Source of the DNA: Candidatus Omnitrophota bacterium
Lineage (GTDB): Bacteria; Omnitrophota; Gorgyraeia; Zapsychrales; Fredricksoniimonadaceae
Length of the DNA stretch: 64,000 bases
Assembly: GCA_013285735.1 (NCBI GenBank)
Contig: JABDGZ010000005.1
Coordinates: 3,834 to 67,833, forward strand
Direction of reading: 5' to 3'
In this document: positions 55,956 to 64,000 of the stretch, piece after piece
How the letters are laid out: each line of letters opens with the position of its first letter
Position numbering within the stretch: the stretch's first letter is position 1
Notes under the pieces: generated by a model
Told to the model about the DNA's origin: nothing
What the model saw: the letters and a program-made list of their open reading frames with translations, nothing else
The model's database searches: none
Made by a program: the position numbers and the translations under genes

Positions 55956-56362
55956 ACATAGAACATATTAAAAAATTAAAGCAGGACCATTTTAAAATCA
56001 CCCCTAAGCGCCGGGCGATACTGGATCTTTTTGACAAAAAAGATAAATGCTTGACGCCGGAGACGGTTTGGGAACATTTAAAAAAGACTTTTAAGCAGTC
56101 AGGTTTGCCGAGCATCTATCGCAATTTAGATCTTTTTGTAAAACAGGGTATTTTGATTAGGATTGACCGTGATGAGCGCAAGCGTTACTATGCTTTATGC
56201 CACGATCATAGCGGCCATCATCATCACCATATTGTTTGTGTAGTCTGCGGCAAGGTGGATGATTTTCCCGTTTGCAATTTTCCTGATATTAAAGATGTTA
56301 AGGGTTACAAAATTCTAAGTCACTCAATGCAAATTAACGGCATTTGTAAAGCCTGTCAATAA
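55952..56362 (+). CDS. Fur-family metalloregulator (Zur-like by context)
   Basis: 'ITPKRRAILDLF' winged helix. 'HDHSGHHHHHIVCVVCGKV' and 'CKAC' metal sites. Confidence 0.8.
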   Translation: MNIEHIKKLKQDHFKITPKRRAILDLFDKKDKCLTPETVWEHLKKTFKQSGLPSIYRNLDLFVKQGILIRIDRDERKRYYALCHDHSGHHHHHIVCVVCGKVDDFPVCNFPDIKDVKGYKILSHSMQINGICKACQ

Positions 56363-56363
56363 T

Positions 56364-57062
56364 ATGGTCACCTATATCCAAAACATCCTTTTAAGAGGAT
56401 CATTAATTGAAGTTCTTGTAGCCGTGGCTTTCGCCGGGGCAGTGGCTTCTTTGAGCTCGTGCACCATTGCTCGCCTGCCGGTATTATTGGGCCTTGTTTC
56501 TTCAACCACACAAACAAAAAATCGGGGATTTTTTCTTTCGATTGCATTTTCTTGCGGTCTTATCATTTCTTATACATTTATTGGCATGCTTTTTGGGGCG
56601 ATTGCGCATATTGCTTCAAAACTCGTGGCTATCAGTCAGTATCTTTATTTTGTATTGGGTTTTTTAATGATTTTAGGCGGTCTGTTTTTTGCTGGATTGA
56701 TTTCTTTTGGTGGGGGTATCAAGACCCATTGTGAAAATGCGGTTAAAGGTGTTAAGACCTTGCCTTCGGCATTTATATTCGGGATGCTTTTCGCGTTTTT
56801 AGAGATGCCGGCCTGTCCTTGTTGTGGGGCTGTTTTGCTGCTGATTGCCAGTTTAATCGCTATAAAAGGTTCGTTGCTTTATTCTGGTATTGTGTTTTTT
56901 AGTTTTGCATTAGGCCAAAGTCTGCCCATTTTAGTGATAGGGTTTTCAACAAGCATCTTAAAGCAGATACTTCCGAAAACTCAGAATTTGGAAGGGATTA
57001 TCAGTTTCGGTGTCGGAAATATTTTAATCGTCTCGGGGATTTTCTTAGTAACACTTTCTTAA
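56364..57062 (+). CDS. DsbD/CcdA-like (DsbD_2) multi-pass membrane protein
   Basis: Six TM segments. Cys motifs 'SSCTIARLP' and 'PACPCCG'. Confidence 0.45.
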   Translation: MVTYIQNILLRGSLIEVLVAVAFAGAVASLSSCTIARLPVLLGLVSSTTQTKNRGFFLSIAFSCGLIISYTFIGMLFGAIAHIASKLVAISQYLYFVLGFLMILGGLFFAGLISFGGGIKTHCENAVKGVKTLPSAFIFGMLFAFLEMPACPCCGAVLLLIASLIAIKGSLLYSGIVFFSFALGQSLPILVIGFSTSILKQILPKTQNLEGIISFGVGNILIVSGIFLVTLS

Positions 57063-57710
57063 ATGCCACACACTCATTCACATTCCAAAGGCTGCTGTGA
57101 TCATGATCACGAGCATGCTCATGAACATCATTCCATGAGTCTTGATCGTCGATGGCTTTTGTCAATTTTGATTGTCGTGGTTTTGTTGATCCTTTTACGG
57201 CCATTTATCGTGGGCCAAATGCTTGTCCGTGTAACATCGTACTCCACCAGTTCTTCTTACAATGATGCCGTACGGATATGTAAAAAAATTATTGCCATTG
57301 ACCATGATAATAGGCAGGCATGGACGTCGTTAGGATATGCCTATATGGATTTGAATCAGGTGGATAGGGCGATTCAGGCATTTGAGCAGGTTTTATTTTT
57401 GAATCCTGAAGACAAGGGGGCGGCTTCTTTTGAATTGGGCCAAGCCTATTATTCAAAAGGTGATTATGCTCGCGCCATTGAATATTTTGAACGTGTCAGG
57501 AGTGCGGGGCCTCGTGCCGCAGCATTGCTTGACGCTGATATTTTAAAATACCGTCATGGCACATTAGGGTTTCGCAGTTTGAACAGCATGCAAACCCTGC
57601 TTTCTCTTTTGCTTGAAAGCTATAAGCATACAGGCAACACCGCTCAAGTTGCGATCATCCAAAAAGAATACGATTTTTATAAAAATAAGCATAGCGGGGT
57701 ATTGTTTTAG
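57063..57710 (+). CDS. His-rich N-terminus / TM / TPR protein
   Basis: 'MPHTHSHSKGCCDHDHEHAHEHH', then one TM segment, then TPR units. Confidence 0.5.
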   Translation: MPHTHSHSKGCCDHDHEHAHEHHSMSLDRRWLLSILIVVVLLILLRPFIVGQMLVRVTSYSTSSSYNDAVRICKKIIAIDHDNRQAWTSLGYAYMDLNQVDRAIQAFEQVLFLNPEDKGAASFELGQAYYSKGDYARAIEYFERVRSAGPRAAALLDADILKYRHGTLGFRSLNSMQTLLSLLLESYKHTGNTAQVAIIQKEYDFYKNKHSGVLF

Positions 57711-57795
57711 TTTTTCTTGACGCAACGTCTTTTTTCTTTTAAACTGTAAATAGAAAATATTTCTATTTGTGTGAATAAAAAAAGGAGATGAAGAA

Positions 57796-58689
57796 ATGAG
57801 TAATTTTAGGCGCGCTGGAATCTTGGCTTTGTCGATTATCATTTTGGGAATAACCCCTGCTCACGCCGATAAAATTAAAGCAATAGCGACCATCAGTATT
57901 ATTGGTGATGTGGTCAAAAATGTAGCGGGGGATGCTGTTAATTTAGTTGTTTTAGTTGGCCCCAACGGAGATGCTCATGAATATGAGCCGATTCCGGCAG
58001 ACTCTGTTAATATTGCTCAAGCAGATATTATTTTTGAGAATGGTTTACATCTGGAGCATTGGCTTGATAAATTATATCTTGCCAGTGGTTCAAAAGCCAA
58101 ACGGATCGTTGTGTCACAAGGAGTTACCCCAAGGATTTTTGAAGACAATCCCCAGGAAACCGATCCTCACGCCTGGCAGGATGTCACCAATGTTATTCTC
58201 TATACCCAAAATGTCCGCGATGCGCTTATTGCGATTGACCCTGCCAATAAAGATAAATACACCGCTAATGCCAGTGATTATATCCAGAAGCTCCAGTCCT
58301 TGGATGCTTGGGTAAAAGCTCAGGTGGCTTTAATTCCTGTAGATAAACGTAAATTAGTTACCAATCATGATGCGTTAGGGTATTTCGCCAGACGGTATGG
58401 TTTTAAAATTATCGGGGCTGTGATTCCATCTGCCACGACAGAGGCAGCAGATCCTTCGGCCAAGGAAACTGCAGATTTATTAAATATTATAAAATCAAAC
58501 GGTGTTCATGCTATTTTTTCAGAGAATATGGCCAACCCTAAATTAGCCCAGACGCTTTCCCAAGAAGCAGGTGTTCAAGTCGGTCCAGAACTATATACAG
58601 ATGCCTTAGGCCCTGTTGGCAGTGAAGGTGAGACCTATTTAAAAATGATAAAGTACAATGTAGGCGTTTTTCAGAAATATTTAAAATAG
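57796..58689 (+). CDS. metal (Zn/Mn) ABC transporter substrate-binding protein, ZnuA/TroA family
   Basis: Signal peptide. 'GDAHEYEP', 'DPHAWQD', 'LVTNHDALGYFARRYG'. Confidence 0.8.
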   Translation: MSNFRRAGILALSIIILGITPAHADKIKAIATISIIGDVVKNVAGDAVNLVVLVGPNGDAHEYEPIPADSVNIAQADIIFENGLHLEHWLDKLYLASGSKAKRIVVSQGVTPRIFEDNPQETDPHAWQDVTNVILYTQNVRDALIAIDPANKDKYTANASDYIQKLQSLDAWVKAQVALIPVDKRKLVTNHDALGYFARRYGFKIIGAVIPSATTEAADPSAKETADLLNIIKSNGVHAIFSENMANPKLAQTLSQEAGVQVGPELYTDALGPVGSEGETYLKMIKYNVGVFQKYLK

Positions 58690-58885
58690 TAGTGTTATTG
58701 CGAGGAGCCGAAGGCGACGTGGCAATCTTTTAGTCAAATTCCCCTTCAGAATGACGTCGATCTTGAAGCGAAAGATCATAGTTGCTAAGCACTTAAAAGA
58801 AATTTCATTATTTGCTTTCCAAGGTATTAGATGATTGTTATAATTTTTTAACAAATCACACGAAGTCTATATTTTCTAATACCTT

Positions 58886-61800
58886 ATGTCCTCATTTTTA
58901 TATATATTCCGTTTTTCGTCCCTCTTTATATTCTTTATATTCTCATTTTTGAGTGTATCCTACGCTGCGTACAACCCTCCAGGCGGTAATAATAACGATA
59001 TTCAATACAAAAATGGCCTTAGCTATGGCGGTTCAGACAGTTTTGTGACTAATGGTACAAATGTCGGCATCGGCACATTCAATCCCTTTGGGGGTAATTT
59101 GATTGTCAATGGTGGGGGCAATGTGGGCATTGGTTCCTTGGTGCCTGGCCAAGCCCTTGATGTTAAAGGTACCATCCGTACGACAAGTTTTATCATGAGC
59201 GGTCAAAGTCCAACGAGCGGGTATGTGTTGACAGCGGCTGACAGCAGTGGTGACACGACCTGGTCATCAGCGGGTGGCGTCAGCGGATGGACAGTGTCAG
59301 GCAATAATGTTTACGAAACAGCCAGCGGCAATGTCGGTATTGGAACGACCTTTCTGACAACATCTGCTTTATCAGTGATGAATGGTAATGTAGGTATCGG
59401 CACGTGGCTTCCCACCAGTTCATTAAATATTATGGGCGGAAATTTAGGCATAGGAACTACTGTTGTATCTTCTGCTTTAAGTGTAGTGGGGGGAGTAACT
59501 ATAAGTAATGGTGCTGCAGGTACACCTCCCGTTTTAACAGGACAATTAAATGCGTTATCAGATAGTGTGCATTTTATAGCGGGCTTTGGTGATTGGATAA
59601 GAAGTACCAATGGATCAAGAGTCGCCGGGATGGATGATGCGATAACTTCCAATGGTCAAAATTTAGATCTTTATACAAATTCGACTCCCAAATTCGAAAT
59701 CAATGCTAATGGTAATGTCGGCATAGGATCGCTTACACCTATCGCCCAGCTGGATGTCGAAGGTTCAATAAGTCCTACTGTTTTCAATGCTGCTTCTGGT
59801 TCAATTGCATTAAACGTAGGTATAGGTTCTTTTGCTCCAGGTCAAAAACTCGACGTCACCGGCACCATCCGTACCACTAACTTTACCATGAGCGGCCAAA
59901 GCCCATCGAGCGGATATGTGTTGACAGCTGTTGATAGCAGTGGAGATACGACCTGGTCGTCGGCGGGTGGTGTCAGCGGCTGGACAACATCAGGCAATAA
60001 TGTTTATGAAACCAGCGGCGGTAACGTTGGTATAGGCACAACCTTTTTGACAACGTCAGCATTGACGGTGATGAATGGTAATGTGGGTATCGGCACCTGG
60101 GTGCCGTCTGCGGAATTTCAAGTAAACAATGCTTCTACTCCCTTTATTGTTACTTCTACGGGTAATGTAGGTATTGGTACTTCAACAGTGGTGACCCCTC
60201 TACAAATTTATAATGGTAATGCAGGTATATATCTAGGTTATTCGGGTTCAAGTGGATTCGGATATATTCATTTGGGAAATGCTGCTCCAACTGGTACTAA
60301 TTATGCTTTAGCAGCCGATGATGGCAACACACTTATAAATTCAACTAGTTCAGGGTCTATTGTTTTTAAGTATAACAATAATCAAAATGTAGTTTTTACG
60401 TCCGCTGGCAATGTTGGCATTGGTACATTGACTCCTTTTAACCAATTGGATGTTAATGGCTCGGTAGGCATTGGGACGTCAGAATCGTCTTATGTTGCGA
60501 CCACGGCTCCAGCGGGTGGGATGATTGTGCAGGGTAACGTGGGCATCGGTTCTTTGTCTCCGGGCCAAGCGCTCGATGTGCAAGGCACCATACGTACAAC
60601 AAACTTTGCTATGAGCGGCCAAAGTCCGACAAGCGGCTATGTCCTGACCGCTGCTGATAGCAGTGGTGATGCAACATGGTCATCAGCAAGCAGTGTCAGT
60701 GGATGGACAGTGACAGGCAACAATGTTTACGAAACCAACGCTGGCAACGTTGGCATCGGCACCACCTTCCTAACCACTTCTGCTTTATCTGTCATGAATG
60801 GCAATGTGGGTATTGGTACCTGGGTGCCGGCGAATATATTTGAAATCGGCACACAGAAATTAGATTTTACAGCCGGCGGTAATCTGGGTATTGGCACGTC
60901 GGTGCCAAGTGCCACTTTACAAGTAAATGGTTCTCTGAGGGTGGGTAATGGTACTAATGCTTTCAATCCTTCAAATGGATATGGCATTATTACATCTTCT
61001 TCAGGTAATGCTGGTTTGACTATTAGTCAGAATGGTACAAGTAATTTTACTTCACTTGATCTTGTTACAAATAATTCTACAAATTACGGATGGTCCGTAC
61101 AGATTCAAGCCAATGACTCGGGGCTTCAGTTTGCAGATAGACAGTCAGGTCCAACTAGAATGTATATTCAACAGGGTACAGGTAATATTGGTATTGGCAC
61201 GATTAATCCAGCTGGTGGGTTGGTGGTCACGAGTGGTAATGTTGGCATTGGAACAATGAATCCAATATCTCCACTTGGCCTTCTGCAAGTGGTAACTGCC
61301 ACGGATTCAACAAGTGGCCAACCTAATGGTTTTTCAAGCGCTGAAACTGTTATTGCTGGAGCTGGTGGTAACAATGGAGGTGTCTTTGCGTCCTATAATC
61401 AAACAACCAATACTGGATTTATAGGTTCACTAAGTCCGGGAGTATCGTGGAGGAATTTGATATTGCAGCCAGTCACTGCTGGCCATGTAGGTATTGGTAC
61501 GTTTACGCCAACTTCATTCCTTGATATTGCAGGCGGCACGACTATCGGCAGCGGATTTGTGGCTAATACCTCGCCAAGTAATGGTTTGTTGGTGCAGAAC
61601 AATGTCGGTATCGGTACAGTTACAACGGCTAATACACAAGGATTATCCGTGCTTGGTGGAGCAAGTTTTGGTTCTTATGCAACTTCTGCGGCACCGGCTG
61701 GGGGTTTAATTATAAGCGGCAACGTGGGCATCAGCTCTTTAACTCCCGGCCAAGCGCTTGATGTCACTGGTACGGTACGCACAACGAACTTTATCATGAG

Positions 61801-64000
61801 CGGCCAAAGTCCGACGAGCGGGTATGTGCTGACCGCCGCTGACAGCAGTGGTGACACGACCTGGTCATCAGCAGGTGGTGTCAGCGGTTGGACAGTTTCT
61901 GGGAATAATGTTTACGAAACAGCCAGCGGTAACGTCGGCATCGGCACAACCTTCTTGACGACATCTGCGTTGTCGGTGATGAATGGCAATGTAGGTATCG
62001 GTACTTGGATTCCTGCGAAACTTTTTAGCGTGACAGGGGACACTTATCATAATGGTAATATCGGAATTGGCACGACCTTTGTTGGTGGGGCTGGTGAAGC
62101 AGCTTTGACGGTGATGAATGGTAATGTGGGTATTGGCACATGGGTGCCAGGTGCGGCATTGGTTGTGATGAATGGCAATGTAGGTATTGGTACAACAAAT
62201 CCAGCAGCTTCGTTGGAATTAAAAACGGGTAGTATTCTCCTTAACAATGGCGGTGGATATGCAGAACGCAGAACGACAGGTGGAGCATTGATTTCTTTGC
62301 TCGGTATTTCCTCGGGGACAGACAATGTGTTTATGAATGGTGGGGGATCTGATAATTCTCGGCAATTAGGAATTTTTAATAGTGGTGGAACTCTTTTAAT
62401 GGTCGTTGGCATGGGAGGTAATGTTGGTATTGGTACTTCTGGCTTCAATAATAAGCTATCCATTGCCGGACCTGGGGGTGTGGGGATTGGGACAGTTGCC
62501 GGAGATGGCTATATAAATACGTCAGCACCCAGTGGTGGAATGATTGTTGAAGGCAATGTCGGCATCGGCTCCTTGACCCCTGGCCAGGCGTTGGATGTCA
62601 CCGGCACGGTGCGTACGACGAGCTTTATCATGAGCGGCCAAAGTCCGACGAGCGGGTATGTGCTGACCGCCGCTGACAGTAGTGGGGATACAACATGGTC
62701 ATCAGCAGGCGGTGTCAGTGGATGGACAGTGTCAGGCAATAACGTTTATGAAACAGCCAGCGGCAACGTCGGCATTGGCACAACCTTCCTGACGACATCT
62801 GCGTTGTCGGTGATGAACGGCAATGTGGGTATTGGGACGTGGGTGCCTGGTTCAGCTTTGCAGGTAAATGGTAATATCGGTATTGGAACTTCTGGCAATA
62901 ACGCAGCTCCTTCTTTATATTTCGTAAATAGACCCAATTCTGGATTGTATTTTTCTTCTGGTGCAAACGGTATTGTCACTACGATAAATAGTACAGCTAC
63001 AGCTTTAGTCAGTGCAGCTGGTCTTGCAATCCCTGTAGGGGATAGATTAGGATGGTCGTCAGCTAGCACTGCAGATGGTGCCGGGACCGATACCGCATTT
63101 TCCAGGGTTGCTGCTAATGTGGTGGCTGTTGGTAATGGTACAGCTTCTAATTTTACAGGAACTTTTTCAGCAGGCAATATCGGTATCAGCACAATAACTC
63201 CTGTTAATCAATTGGTAGTCAATGGTGGCGTGGGTATTGGAACGGCAAATTCTTCTTTTATCACAACTACTGCTCCGACAGGTGGAATAATAATTCAGGG
63301 TAATGTGGGTATTGGTTCCCTTAACCCAGGCCAAGCGCTTGACGTCACCGGCACTGTCCGCACGACAAGCTTTATCATGAGTGGTCAAAGTCCAACCAGC
63401 GGTTATGTGTTGACAGCTGCTGACAGCAGCGGTGACACAACATGGTCGTCGGCAGGTGGAGTCAGCGGGTGGACAGTGTCAGGCAATAATGTTTATGAAA
63501 CAGCCAGCGGCAATGTTGGCATCGGTACAACCTTTTTGACTACTTCCGCCTTGTCAATAATGAACGGTAATGTGGGTATAGGCACATGGTTGCCGTCTTC
63601 TGCCTTGTCGATCAATGGGGGTATTCAAGGTGCAAATGGAACAGTTACAAATCCAACGTACTCGTTTCTTGCAGAGCCCAATTACGGCGTATATATGAAC
63701 TCGTCAACAAAAATGTCATTCGTGGTAGCTGGCCAAGACCAATTCGTACTAGCTGGAGGAGGCTTTATGAGTCTTGTCCAAGGGGCTGTTTTAGGTTTTT
63801 ATTCTTCCGGAATCACAGCCTCAGATACAGGTATTTCCAGGACTGCAGCTGCAACCTTAGCCATTGGTAATGGTGCGTCAGCAAATTCAAGTGGAACTTT
63901 ACTATTGGGCAATATTGGCATTGGCACAACATTGACAACTAGCTCTGCGCTCTCAGTCATGAATGGCAATGTAGGTATCGGCACTTGGGTACCATCGAAA
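58886..64000 (+). CDS. giant secreted repeat protein, phage-tail-fibre-like GNVGIGT repeats (3' end beyond window)
   Basis: ATG 58886 with signal-like 'MSSFLYIFRFSSLFIFFIFSFLSVSYA'. The frame (phase 2) was translated by hand and spot-checked open to nt 64000 (1,705 codons). It is absent from the ORF track, presumably because no stop is reached. There are dozens of 'GNVGIGT' units, plus 'PSxxF...G.Y......F...G...' segments typical of tail-fibre domain proteins. Confidence 0.8.
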   Translation, partial: MSSFLYIFRFSSLFIFFIFSFLSVSYAAYNPPGGNNNDIQYKNGLSYGGSDSFVTNGTNVGIGTFNPFGGNLIVNGGGNVGIGSLVPGQALDVKGTIRTTSFIMSGQSPTSGYVLTAADSSGDTTWSSAGGVSGWTVSGNNVYETASGNVGIGTTFLTTSALSVMNGNVGIGTWLPTSSLNIMGGNLGIGTTVVSSALSVVGGVTISNGAAGTPPVLTGQLNALSDSVHFIAGFGDWIRSTNGSRVAGMDDAITSNGQNLDLYTNSTPKFEINANGNVGIGSLTPIAQLDVEGSISPTVFNAASGSIALNVGIGSFAPGQKLDVTGTIRTTNFTMSGQSPSSGYVLTAVDSSGDTTWSSAGGVSGWTTSGNNVYETSGGNVGIGTTFLTTSALTVMNGNVGIGTWVPSAEFQVNNASTPFIVTSTGNVGIGTSTVVTPLQIYNGNAGIYLGYSGSSGFGYIHLGNAAPTGTNYALAADDGNTLINSTSSGSIVFKYNNNQNVVFTSAGNVGIGTLTPFNQLDVNGSVGIGTSESSYVATTAPAGGMIVQGNVGIGSLSPGQALDVQGTIRTTNFAMSGQSPTSGYVLTAADSSGDATWSSASSVSGWTVTGNNVYETNAGNVGIGTTFLTTSALSVMNGNVGIGTWVPANIFEIGTQKLDFTAGGNLGIGTSVPSATLQVNGSLRVGNGTNAFNPSNGYGIITSSSGNAGLTISQNGTSNFTSLDLVTNNSTNYGWSVQIQANDSGLQFADRQSGPTRMYIQQGTGNIGIGTINPAGGLVVTSGNVGIGTMNPISPLGLLQVVTATDSTSGQPNGFSSAETVIAGAGGNNGGVFASYNQTTNTGFIGSLSPGVSWRNLILQPVTAGHVGIGTFTPTSFLDIAGGTTIGSGFVANTSPSNGLLVQNNVGIGTVTTANTQGLSVLGGASFGSYATSAAPAGGLIISGNVGISSLTPGQALDVTGTVRTTNFIMSGQSPTSGYVLTAADSSGDTTWSSAGGVSGWTVSGNNVYETASGNVGIGTTFLTTSALSVMNGNVGIGTWIPAKLFSVTGDTYHNGNIGIGTTFVGGAGEAALTVMNGNVGIGTWVPGAALVVMNGNVGIGTTNPAASLELKTGSILLNNGGGYAERRTTGGALISLLGISSGTDNVFMNGGGSDNSRQLGIFNSGGTLLMVVGMGGNVGIGTSGFNNKLSIAGPGGVGIGTVAGDGYINTSAPSGGMIVEGNVGIGSLTPGQALDVTGTVRTTSFIMSGQSPTSGYVLTAADSSGDTTWSSAGGVSGWTVSGNNVYETASGNVGIGTTFLTTSALSVMNGNVGIGTWVPGSALQVNGNIGIGTSGNNAAPSLYFVNRPNSGLYFSSGANGIVTTINSTATALVSAAGLAIPVGDRLGWSSASTADGAGTDTAFSRVAANVVAVGNGTASNFTGTFSAGNIGISTITPVNQLVVNGGVGIGTANSSFITTTAPTGGIIIQGNVGIGSLNPGQALDVTGTVRTTSFIMSGQSPTSGYVLTAADSSGDTTWSSAGGVSGWTVSGNNVYETASGNVGIGTTFLTTSALSIMNGNVGIGTWLPSSALSINGGIQGANGTVTNPTYSFLAEPNYGVYMNSSTKMSFVVAGQDQFVLAGGGFMSLVQGAVLGFYSSGITASDTGISRTAAATLAIGNGASANSSGTLLLGNIGIGTTLTTSSALSVMNGNVGIGTWVPSK
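59144..63589 (+). repeat. six in-frame 264-nt (88-aa) near-identical modules inside the giant gene
   Basis: Modules at 59144-59407, 59837-60100, 60560-60823, 61745-62008, 62579-62842 and 63326-63589. Each encodes 'PGQALDVxGTxRTTxFxMSGQSPTSGYVLTAADSSGDTTWSSAGGVSGWTVSGNNVYETASGNVGIGTTFLTTSALSVMNGNVGIGTW'. Confidence 0.85.

Noticed and set aside
59311-63984. About a dozen minus-strand ORFs (60-148 aa) listed in the track across the last 5 kb.
   Set aside because: They lie antisense to a continuous + strand frame with clear repeat-protein sense. Their peptides (PIPTLPF...) are mirror images of the GNVGIGT codons. They have no starts with an RBS.

Overview
AT-rich bacterial chromosomal window with diderm-type gene content. 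The lineage cannot be assigned from sequence alone. Nearly all genes are on the + strand. (1) 1-13.1 kb is a surface-glycan locus: GT2, two methyltransferases, GT11 fucosyltransferase, GT2, HAD-type proteins, two tandem DUF2079 membrane proteins, a UbiA-family decaprenyl-phosphate phosphoribosyltransferase-like enzyme, a GH26-like hydrolase and an ArnT/PMT-like GT-C. (2) 13.2-21.4 kb is housekeeping: nuclease, tilS, MORN protein, ftsH, folP, cdaA, pdxJ, acpS, nnrD. (3) 21.4-29.2 kb is a second glycan locus: GT-C-like protein, third DUF2079, methyltransferase-GT2 fusion, rfbA, an NRS/ER-type epimerase/reductase, rfbB. (4) Next come pfp and recN (- strand), tex, a yfcH-like gene, dnaX and recR. 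(5) 37.70-37.98 kb holds tRNA-Asn(GUU) split by a 208-nt group I intron. (6) 38.0-43.2 kb is an accessory array of four small cassettes: DUF4160(TAG)/DUF2442, higBA, brnTA and a lipoprotein. Each cassette is closed by the same ~90-bp element, which evolves like the 3' end of a minus-strand gene. The array also has two ~0.4-kb non-coding modules built from words phased at 10-11 bp. (7) 43.3-53.5 kb carries envelope genes, including exbB-exbD-TPR-(TonB-type anchor + VWA)-retropepsin. (8) glgP and a Fur-type metal cluster follow. (9) From 58,886 an open-ended secreted protein of more than 1,700 codons runs off the window; it is a GNVGIGT-repeat, tail-fibre-like protein with six 264-nt near-identical modules. 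No CRISPR, rRNA, integrase or transposase was seen.
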